This document shows, piece after piece, positions 15,596 through 22,718 of a stretch of 24,000 bases of DNA (position 1 is its first letter; the number at the start of each line of letters is the position of its first letter). The position numbers and the translations under genes were made by a program. The notes beneath the pieces are model-generated. The model ran no database searches and was not told the DNA's origin. It saw only the letters and a program-made list of their open reading frames with translations. The stretch lies in contig CAKTCT010000032.1 in assembly GCA_934539585.1 (NCBI GenBank), forward strand, positions 1-24,000, written 5' to 3'. Source of the stretch: an uncultured Oscillospiraceae bacterium. Its GTDB lineage: Bacteria; Bacillota; Clostridia; Oscillospirales; Ruminococcaceae.

Positions 15596-16068
15596 TGGGC
15601 GATGGCGGCGGTCTGGCCGCGGGTGAGCTTTAACAGGTCGTCGGGGGAAAGCTCCACCTGGGTGCCGATCTTCCCGCCGCTGACCATAATGGTGGCGCAG
15701 GACCGGGCGCTTTCGTCCAGGGTTGTGCGGAAGGCTTTTTTCATCCCGATGGGCGAGCACCCGCCCCGGATGTAGCCGGTGACGGCGTTGATCTCGCTGA
15801 CATGAATCATCTCGATGGACTTTTCCCCCACAGCCTTGGCGGCGGCCTTGAGGTTCAGCTCCTTGTCCGAGGGGAGGACGAAGACGAAGTAGTTCCGGCT
15901 GGCCCCCCGGGTCACCAGGGTCTTGAAGACCCGTTCCACCGGCTGGCCCAGCTTTCCGGCCACGGAGACGGCATCGATCAGGCCGTCGTCGTGGGAGTAG
16001 TAGTGGGGGGTATAGGGGATTTTTCCTTTTTCCAGGATTCGCATGACGTTGGTTTTTTCTGCTGACAT
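15592..16068 (-). CDS. ybaK: YbaK/EbsC-type aminoacyl-tRNA deacylase (Cys-tRNA(Pro) deacylase family)
   Basis: 158 aa. MSAEKTNVMRILEKGKIPYTPHYY…FKTLV…VFVLPSDKELNLKAAAKAVG…VTGYIRGGCSPIGMKK…. A strong RBS (AAGGAG) lies upstream of the ATG at 16068. The ORF-track N-terminal extension into the repeat is rejected. Confidence 0.85.
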   Translation of the reverse strand: MSAEKTNVMRILEKGKIPYTPHYYSHDDGLIDAVSVAGKLGQPVERVFKTLVTRGASRNYFVFVLPSDKELNLKAAAKAVGEKSIEMIHVSEINAVTGYIRGGCSPIGMKKAFRTTLDESARSCATIMVSGGKIGTQVELSPDDLLKLTRGQTAAIAQ

Positions 16069-16100
16069 GAAAAAGCTCCTTTGTAAGGATTTCTCCCACC

Positions 16101-16129
16101 AGTATACCACGTTTCCGTGAGAAAGTCGA
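16101..16129 (-). promoter_or_regulatory. Candidate sigma-70-type promoter of the ybaK-cca-gluQ operon
   Basis: On the minus strand: TCGACT, 17 nt, TATACT, with an extended -10 (TGGTATACT). It lies ~30 nt upstream of the RBS and just outside repeat copy B. Confidence 0.5.
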
Positions 16130-16172
16130 GACAGTAGCGATTTCCCGGCGGAAACCGGAAAATGCCTGGGTG

Positions 16173-16806
16173 GGTGCGCTAATCGCACCAGGTCAGGCCG
16201 ACGCCTGCCCCCAAAGCCCATCGTGAGGAACGAAACGTCCGAAAGTGGTAGCTGGATGCCTACTGTCCACGCACCAATTGCGGCGGCCGTGTCCACCGCG
16301 AGGTAATATCGGGGTCCTCCGAAGCCCCAGACGCGACTTTAGGGGGTCTCGGGGGGCGGGAGCCCACCGAGCGCCCTTTTCTCCCCATTCTTTTCCCGCG
16401 CGGGAAAAGAATGGGTGCGATGAACCACCTATCGATAATCCAAAGCGAACGTAGCCGCATAGGCCGGTAGCACTGTCGAATCCGAATCGAATTTGGCAGT
16501 TCCTACCAGCCTATGCGGCTACTTACGTTTGTACAGATTTGTTTTGTCCTACATAGCGCACTTACTCTTTTCCCCGGAGGAAAAGAGTAAGCAGAAAAGT
16601 CCGTTTAGGGGCTGCGCCCCTAAAAACCCCAATGGCGGCAGGCGCTGGATATGGATGACCGCACGCGACACTTCCCGCCGCCGCTATCGGTGCTCGGACA
16701 GTAGGCAACCGTGCAGCACTTTTGGTCGCTTCGATTCCTGTATGAGGATTCGGAGATACGCGTCGGCTTGACGTGGGTATCGGTGCGGCGGCCTGACGTG
16801 GGTGCC
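16173..16806. repeat. Copy B (inverted relative to A and C) of the ~600-bp quasi-palindromic element (V-type arm ~16189-16478, U-type arm ~16495-16776, plus a duplicated terminal motif to 16806)
   Basis: The same invariant blocks as copy A in reverse order: GCCTACTGTC 16258-16267, GTAGCCGCATAGGC 16451-16464, GCCTATGCGGCTAC 16509-16522, GACAGTAGGC 16697-16706. Hairpins at 16384-16415, 16561-16591 and 16604-16624. Confidence 0.85.
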
Positions 16807-16810
16807 AGCC

Positions 16811-16835
16811 GCGGGATTTCCTCCGGAAATCCCGC
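16811..16835. other. Perfect 11-bp stem-loop GCGGGATTTCC-TCC-GGAAATCCCGC abutting repeat copy B
   Basis: The perfect inverted repeat was read directly from the sequence. No T-tract follows it. It sits between the element end (16806) and the -35 of the downstream promoter. Confidence 0.4.
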
Positions 16836-16842
16836 GAATCTA

Positions 16843-16871
16843 TGGACAAGCACCGGAAAATTCAGTATAAT
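16843..16871 (+). promoter_or_regulatory. Sigma-70-type promoter of the AI-2E/cls/membrane-protein operon
   Basis: TGGACA (16843-16848), 17 nt, TATAAT (16866-16871). It lies 32 nt upstream of the ATG, with RBS AAAGAGGAA. Confidence 0.6.
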
Positions 16872-16903
16872 AGCCTTATAACCTTTAGGAAAAGAGGAAC
16901 GCT

Positions 16904-18067
16904 ATGGAATGGAATCGAACCGTTTGGCTGAAACTGTCTTTGACGGCGGCCGGCGTGGTGGTTTTGTATTGGGCGCTCAATAACCTGAATACGCTGCGAA
17001 CGGCCCTGGGAACCATCATGGGCATCCTGTCCCCCTTCCTGGTGGGGCTCTGCATCGCCTATGTCCTGAGCGTCCCGATGCGCGGATTTGAAAAGCTGCT
17101 GTTCCGCCCGCGAAAACAGCGGAAGGGATCGCTCCGCCTCCATTTGGAGCGGTTCAAGGGACCTATCTGCCTGATCCTCTCCATCCTGACGGTGCTGCTC
17201 CTGGTGGCGGCGGTGCTGCTTCTGGTGGTTCCGGAGCTTGGGCGCACCGCTGTGACCATCCGGGACAGCCTCCCGGGCTTTGCGCTCCGCATGCAGGAGT
17301 TTGGCGGCCAGCTCCTGAACCGGTACCCGGCGATTCTCCAGACCGTCCAGAAAGTGGACTGGACCGGGCTCTGGGACAGCGTCCTGACCTTCCTGAAGTC
17401 CGGCGTGGGCAGCGTTCTGGGCTCCACCGTAGGGGTCATCGGCTCGGTGTTCAACGGCGCCACCGCCTTTTTTCTGGGCTGCGTTTTCGCCTGCTATGTC
17501 CTGCTCCAGCGCCAGACCCTGGCCCGGCAGCTGAAGCAGCTGTGCTACGCCCATCTCCGGGAGGACCGCGTGGACCGGCTCCTGGAAATCTGCGCCCTCA
17601 CCGACCGGACCTTCACCCGGTTTATCACCGGCCAGTGCGTGGAGGCGGTGATCCTGGGGACCATGTTCTTTGTGTCCATGAGCATTTTCCGTTTCCCCTA
17701 TGCCCTGATGATCTCGGTGCTCATCGCGTTTCTGGCCCTGATTCCGGTGTTCGGCGCCTTCGTCGGATGCTTTGTGGGGGCCCTGCTGATTCTGGTCGGC
17801 GATCCGATGAAGGCCATCTGGTTCGTTGTGCTGTTCCTGGTCCTCCAGCAGATCGAGGGAAACCTTATTTATCCCCGGGTGGTGGGCTCCTCGGTGGGCC
17901 TGCCGGGAATCTGGGTGCTGGTGGCCGTCACCATCGGCGGCAGCGCCTTCGGAGTCCTCGGAATGCTGGTCATGGTCCCGGCTGGTTCGGTGCTTTACTC
18001 TCTGGTCCGGGAAAACACCGCAAAACGGCTGAAACAGCGGGGAACTCCGCCCAAAAAGTACCGCTAA
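16904..18067 (+). CDS. AI-2E family transporter (PerM/UPF0118 permease)
   Basis: 387 aa with ~8 TM helices. Family-typical C-terminal core …LVLQQIEGNLIYPRVVGSSVGLPGIWVLVAVTIGG…. Confidence 0.85.
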   Translation: MEWNRTVWLKLSLTAAGVVVLYWALNNLNTLRTALGTIMGILSPFLVGLCIAYVLSVPMRGFEKLLFRPRKQRKGSLRLHLERFKGPICLILSILTVLLLVAAVLLLVVPELGRTAVTIRDSLPGFALRMQEFGGQLLNRYPAILQTVQKVDWTGLWDSVLTFLKSGVGSVLGSTVGVIGSVFNGATAFFLGCVFACYVLLQRQTLARQLKQLCYAHLREDRVDRLLEICALTDRTFTRFITGQCVEAVILGTMFFVSMSIFRFPYALMISVLIAFLALIPVFGAFVGCFVGALLILVGDPMKAIWFVVLFLVLQQIEGNLIYPRVVGSSVGLPGIWVLVAVTIGGSAFGVLGMLVMVPAGSVLYSLVRENTAKRLKQRGTPPKKYR

Positions 18068-18077
18068 AGGAGCGTTT

Positions 18078-19610
18078 ATGAAAAAAATCCTGCAATTTCT
18101 CACCCACCGCCTGGTGGTCTGCGTCCTGCTGATGCTGGTCCAGGCGGCAGTGCTGGTGGTCATGATCCTGGAATTCCAGAAGTACTTCGGCTACTTCTAC
18201 ATTTTCTGCATCGTTTTAAGCGTTCTGGCCGTCCTCTATATCATCAACAACCGCAGCAACCCGGCCTATAAAATCGCCTGGATCATCCCCATCCTGACAG
18301 TGCCGGTCTTCGGCGGCCTCATGTACCTGATCTTCGGCGGCAACCGCCTTTCCCGCCGGGAGCGGAAAAAGATGTCCACCGTGGCCCAGCGCTTCCAAAA
18401 GGCCGCCAAGGCGGTCCCCAACGCCATGGAGCAGCTGGAGGAGGAAAACGAGGACGCCGCCCACCAGGCCCGGTACATCCTGGACTACGCCGACGCCCCG
18501 CCCTTCCGGAACACCTCTGCGGAGTACCTTCCCACCGGCGAGGCCAAGTTTGAGCGGATGCTGGAGGAGCTCCAGAAGGCGGAGCGCTTCATCTTCTTAG
18601 AGTACTTCATCATCTCCGAAAGCTATATGTGGGACCGCATCCTGGAGGTCCTCAAGGAAAAGGCCCAGGTCGGCGTGGACGTCCGGGTCCTCTATGACGA
18701 CCTGGGCTCCATCATGACCCTCCCCCCGAAATACGACCGCCAGCTGGAGGAGTGGGGCATCCACTGCCGGGCCTTCAACCCCTTTGTGCCCATCCTCTCC
18801 CTGCGGTTCAACAACCGGGACCACCGGAAAATCTGCGTCATCGACGGCCGGGTGGGCATCACCGGCGGCGTGAACCTGGCCGACGAGTATATCAACAAGC
18901 GGACCATCCACGGCCACTGGAAGGACGCCGCCATCCTCCTCAAGGGCGACGCGGTGTGGAACCTGACCCTGATGTTCCTGAGCCTCTGGGACGACCTTTC
19001 CGGGGAGAAGGAGGACTTCACCCCCTACCGCTCCGCCCCCGCTCTGGAGCCGGTCCCCTCCGACGGCTACGTCCAGCCCTACACCGACAGTCCCCTGGAC
19101 AACGAGGCCGTAGGCGAAACGGTGTATATCAACCTGATCTACAAGGCCCGGAAGTACGTCTATATCAACACCCCCTACCTGATCCTCAGCAGCGAGATGA
19201 CCACGGCCCTCTGCACCGCGGCCAAATCCGGCATCGACGTCCGGATCGTGACCCCCCACATCGCGGACAAGTGGTACGTCCACGCCGTGACCCGGGCCAA
19301 CTACCCGGTCCTGGTGGAGGCCGGGGTCAAAATCTACGAGTACACCCCCGGCTTCATCCACGCCAAGACCTTCGTGGTGGACGGCGAATACGGCGTGGTG
19401 GGGACCATCAACCTGGACTACCGCAGCCTTTACCTCCACTTTGAGTGCGCGGTGTGGCTGTACCGGTGCTCCTGCATCGCCGCCATGGAGGCGGACTACC
19501 TGGAGACCCTGAAGGTCTGCACCCCAATCACAGTGGAGGACTGCCGGAACGTCAGGTGGTACGTCCGGCTGGGGCGGTCCATTCTGCGGGTCTTCGCGCC
19601 CCTGATGTAA
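18078..19610 (+). CDS. cls: Cardiolipin synthase (PLD superfamily, two HKD motifs)
   Basis: 510 aa. Two N-terminal TM helices. HKD motifs HRKICVIDGRVGITGGVNLADEY and HAKTFVVDGEYGVVGTINLDYRS. Confidence 0.9.
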   Translation: MKKILQFLTHRLVVCVLLMLVQAAVLVVMILEFQKYFGYFYIFCIVLSVLAVLYIINNRSNPAYKIAWIIPILTVPVFGGLMYLIFGGNRLSRRERKKMSTVAQRFQKAAKAVPNAMEQLEEENEDAAHQARYILDYADAPPFRNTSAEYLPTGEAKFERMLEELQKAERFIFLEYFIISESYMWDRILEVLKEKAQVGVDVRVLYDDLGSIMTLPPKYDRQLEEWGIHCRAFNPFVPILSLRFNNRDHRKICVIDGRVGITGGVNLADEYINKRTIHGHWKDAAILLKGDAVWNLTLMFLSLWDDLSGEKEDFTPYRSAPALEPVPSDGYVQPYTDSPLDNEAVGETVYINLIYKARKYVYINTPYLILSSEMTTALCTAAKSGIDVRIVTPHIADKWYVHAVTRANYPVLVEAGVKIYEYTPGFIHAKTFVVDGEYGVVGTINLDYRSLYLHFECAVWLYRCSCIAAMEADYLETLKVCTPITVEDCRNVRWYVRLGRSILRVFAPLM

Positions 19611-19630
19611 TCGAAAACGGAGGAATCGAC

Positions 19631-20326
19631 ATGCAGCGACAGTACAACGGCCATCTCCGCACCAACCGCAAGGATGCCAGCGGCTCCTTTGCCCACGACC
19701 TGAACTTCTACCAGCTTTTCTGGATTTTCTTCATCGGCTGCTTCCTGGGCGTGGTCATCGAGACCCTCTGGTGCCTCCTGACCCGCCACCACTACGAGAG
19801 CCGCACGGGGCTCATCTACGGCCCCTTCAACCTGGTCTACGGCTTCGGGGCGCTGTTCATGACCCTGGGCCTCAACTGGCTGAGCAAGAAGCGGGACGCC
19901 TGGATTTTCCTGGGCGGCGTGGTCATCGGCAGCGTATTCGAGTACCTTTGCAGCTGGATTCAGGAGACCCTGTTCGGCACGGTGTCCTGGCAGTACGACA
20001 AGATGCCCTTTAACCTCAACGGCCGGATCAACCTGCTGTACTCCCTGTTCTGGGGAGCCCTGGCCCTGGTGTGGGTCAAGGGGATTTACCCCCTGATGTG
20101 CCGGGCCATCAGCCGGATCCCCAACCAGATCGGGAAGCCCCTGACCTGGGTGCTGCTGGTGTTTATGGTCCTGAACTCCGCCATTTCGGGCCTGGCGGTC
20201 GCCCGGATGTCCGCCCGCCGGGAAGGCGCGGCCCCCACCACCGCCATCGAGTCCTTCTTAGACCGTCACTACCCCGACGAGCGACTGGAAAAGATTTACC
20301 CCAACATGGTATACGTGGAGAACTAG
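19631..20326 (+). CDS. Polytopic membrane protein, putative ABC-transporter type IV / CmpB (DUF1113)-like
   Basis: 231 aa starting at MQRQYNG…, with RBS ACGGAGGAA. …FWIFFIGCFLGVVIETLWC…TGLIYGPFNLVYGFGALFM… resembles the PF06541 family. This assignment is from memory and is tentative. Confidence 0.65.
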   Translation: MQRQYNGHLRTNRKDASGSFAHDLNFYQLFWIFFIGCFLGVVIETLWCLLTRHHYESRTGLIYGPFNLVYGFGALFMTLGLNWLSKKRDAWIFLGGVVIGSVFEYLCSWIQETLFGTVSWQYDKMPFNLNGRINLLYSLFWGALALVWVKGIYPLMCRAISRIPNQIGKPLTWVLLVFMVLNSAISGLAVARMSARREGAAPTTAIESFLDRHYPDERLEKIYPNMVYVEN

Positions 20327-20336
20327 ACCTTGATAC

Positions 20337-20940
20337 GTGCGCCAATCGCACCACGTCAAGCCGACGCGTATTTCCGAAGTCCCATACAGGAATCGAAGCG
20401 GTAAAAAGTGTTGCACGGTTGCCTACTGTCTGAGCACCGATAGCGGCGGCGGGAAGTGTCGTGTGCGGATATGTCTATCCAGCGCCTACCGCCATTGGGG
20501 TTTTTAGGGGCGGGAGCCCCTAAACGGTTTTTCTCCCCAATCTTTTTTCCGTAAAAAAGATTGGGTGCCCTGGTAGGACATAACAAATCTGTACAAACGT
20601 AAGTAGCCGCATAGGCTAGTAGGAACTGCCAAATTCGATTCGATTTCGGCAGCACTACCGGCCTATGCGGCTACGTATGTTTTGGATTATCGATAGGTGG
20701 TTTCTTGCACCCCTTCTTTTCCCGCGTGGGAAAAGAAGGGGGAGAAAAGGACGCTCGGTGGGCTCCCGCCCCCCGAGACCCCCTAAAGTCGCGCCATAGG
20801 CTTCGGAAAGCCCCAATACTGCCTCGCGGTGGAAACGGCCGCCGCAATTGGTGCGTGGACAGTAGGCATCCAGCTGCCACCTTCGGACGTTTCGTTCCTC
20901 ACGATGGGCTTCTGGGGCAGGCGGCGGCCTGACGTTGTAC
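20337..20940. repeat. Copy C (same orientation as A) of the ~600-bp quasi-palindromic element (U-type arm ~20352-20632, V-type arm ~20644-20936)
   Basis: By eye ~15 differences from copy A over the ~275-nt U arm; the V arm is more diverged. Invariant blocks at 20421-20430, 20603-20616, 20661-20674 and 20858-20867. Hairpins at 20503-20524, 20536-20565 and 20710-20741. Confidence 0.85.
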
Positions 20941-20962
20941 GCAATGGTACGCTGTACCTCAT

Positions 20963-22654
20963 TTAATGCACCAATTCCCCAGCCGTAACATCATAAATCC
21001 CTGCGTCAATGATCCGCAGCTCGGGGATCACCGGAAGGGAAAGAAAACTCAGCGTCATAAAGGGATCAATGTCCCCACGGACGCCCATCCCCCGGGCCAT
21101 TTCCTTCATCTGCTCTACGGTTTTCTCCACGTCCTGCCTGCGGTCGTTGGTGAAAAGCCCGCCCACCGGCAGCGGCTGGGTCAGCAAGGGCTTGCCCCCG
21201 GCTACCAGGGTGTACCCGCCCTGGCACCGCTGAAGTTCCCGGGCCGCCGCCAGCATGTCCTCGTCGTTGTCCCCCACCAGGATCATGTTGTGGGAATCGT
21301 GGGCAATGGTGGACCCGATGGCCCCGCCCCGGAGCCCGATGCCGGAAACGATGCCCACCGCCACGTGACCGTTGCGGCCGTGACGCTCCACCACGGCGAT
21401 TTTCAGCAGATCGTTGACCGGAGTGAAGTATCCGTCCTGCTCCGGAGGGTCCAAAATCAGCTTCCGGGTGACGATCTCCCCGGGAACGATGCCGATCACC
21501 GGGAACCCCGGATGCACCGGCAGCCGCAGCCGCTCCGCCGTCAGCTCCGGCAGATGCACCGTCCGCTTCAGTGAAAGACCGCAGCCCCGGTTGGGCAGCG
21601 TAAAGGGCTCCCCGGCCCGGCAGACCAGCTTTCCGCCTACATAGACCTGGTCCGGGTCCATGGCCTCCACGCTGTTCAGGACCACCAGGTCCGCCAGATA
21701 CCCCGGCGCAATGGCCCCCTGATGCTCCAGCCCGTAAGCCTGGGCGGGATTCAGCGTCGCCATGCGGATGGCCGTCACCGGCGGCACCCCCAGCTGAATG
21801 GCCCGGCGGACGCAGGCGTTGATGTGCCCCTCCCGCCGGACGTCGTCCAGGTGCTTGTCGTCGGTGCAGAAAACGAACCGGTCCAGAGGAATCCCCGCCT
21901 GCAGGGCCCCGGTGAGGATGGCGTCCAGGTTCCGGGCGGCCGTCCCCTGGCGGACCTGGACGTAAAAGCCCAGCTGAATCCGCTCTAAAGCGGCCTCAAA
22001 GGTGGAGCACTCATGGTCGGTGGACACCCCGGCCAGCCGGTAGGCCCCCAGAGGCTTGCCTGTGACACCGGGAGCGTGGCCGTCGATGCGGCGGTGGAAC
22101 AGGGAGAGCTTCTCCATCATCTCCGGCTCCTCGGAAAGGACCGCGGGAACGTCCATGACCTCCCCCAGGCCGAAAACCTGGTCGTCCCGGAGGAACCGCC
22201 GCATCTGCTGGGGGCCGAAGTCCGCGCCGTTGGTCTCCAGGCTGTTGGCGGGAACGCAGGAGGGCAGCATCCAGTGGACGTGGGCGGGGACGTCCCGGGT
22301 TTCCTTGAGCATGTATTCCATGCCCCGGGAGCCTGCCACGTTGACGATCTCATGGGGGTCGGCAATGACCGTCACCGTCCCGCAGGGGAGGATTTTTTCC
22401 AGAAACAGCCGGGGCGACACCAGGGAGGACTCGAAGTGCATATGAGCGTCCACCAGCCCGGGGATCAGGTACTTCCCGGTCAGGTCCACCTCCGTCTCCC
22501 CCGCAAAGCTGCCCACGCCCACGATCCGCTCCCCGCAGACCGCCACGTCCGCCTGGCGGAACCGGCCGGTGAACACGTCGGCAATGATCGCGTTTTTGAA
22601 CACCAGCTGGGCCTTTTTCCGGCCCAGAGCCATTTTCATCTCATCCCGTTCCAT
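20963..22654 (-). CDS. ade: Adenine deaminase
   Basis: 563 aa amidohydrolase. …LIPGLVDAHMHFESSLVSP…TVIADPHEIVNVAG…VFCTDDKH… is typical of Ade/AdeC. RBS GGGAGG upstream of the ATG at 22654. Confidence 0.9.
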   Translation of the reverse strand: MERDEMKMALGRKKAQLVFKNAIIADVFTGRFRQADVAVCGERIVGVGSFAGETEVDLTGKYLIPGLVDAHMHFESSLVSPRLFLEKILPCGTVTVIADPHEIVNVAGSRGMEYMLKETRDVPAHVHWMLPSCVPANSLETNGADFGPQQMRRFLRDDQVFGLGEVMDVPAVLSEEPEMMEKLSLFHRRIDGHAPGVTGKPLGAYRLAGVSTDHECSTFEAALERIQLGFYVQVRQGTAARNLDAILTGALQAGIPLDRFVFCTDDKHLDDVRREGHINACVRRAIQLGVPPVTAIRMATLNPAQAYGLEHQGAIAPGYLADLVVLNSVEAMDPDQVYVGGKLVCRAGEPFTLPNRGCGLSLKRTVHLPELTAERLRLPVHPGFPVIGIVPGEIVTRKLILDPPEQDGYFTPVNDLLKIAVVERHGRNGHVAVGIVSGIGLRGGAIGSTIAHDSHNMILVGDNDEDMLAAARELQRCQGGYTLVAGGKPLLTQPLPVGGLFTNDRRQDVEKTVEQMKEMARGMGVRGDIDPFMTLSFLSLPVIPELRIIDAGIYDVTAGELVH

Positions 22655-22686
22655 TCAAATACCTCCCGCTCCAAATGATTGATACT

Positions 22687-22715
22687 ATTATAGCGAATTT
22701 CCCCGGGGATGTCCA
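22687..22715 (-). promoter_or_regulatory. Candidate sigma-70-type promoter of ade
   Basis: On the minus strand: TGGACA, 17 nt, TATAAT. The spacer contains the palindrome CCCCGGGG. It lies ~30 nt upstream of the start. Confidence 0.55.
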
Positions 22716-22718
22716 CCC

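Noticed and set aside
15596-16099. N-terminal extension of the cca ORF (track 13712-16099, 795 aa) and of ybaK (track 15592-16296).
   Set aside because: The extensions overlap ybaK in another frame and run into repeat copy B, respectively, and both are compositionally junk. Homology-like sequence starts at the GTG at 15595 (cca) and at the ATG at 16068 with an AAGGAG RBS (ybaK).
16126-16140. GAGACAGTAGC upstream of copy B resembles the repeat block GAGACAGTAGGC and could be a remnant of a further partial copy.
   Set aside because: Only about a 10-nt match with no extension on either side. A match of this length is not clearly beyond chance in a 24-kb two-strand search.
20337-20940. The idea that the ~600-bp elements are ORF-less group II introns. 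The left flank begins GTGCG in copies B and C, and there is a long hairpin containing AGC (GTAGCCGCATAGGC…).
   Set aside because: The AGC-containing hairpin is a ~70-90-nt rod, not a 34-nt domain V with a GNRA loop and 2-nt bulge. The GTGCG is absent from copy A and is part of a small flank hairpin. The two-fold inverted symmetry of the element is unlike the six-domain layout of group II introns.
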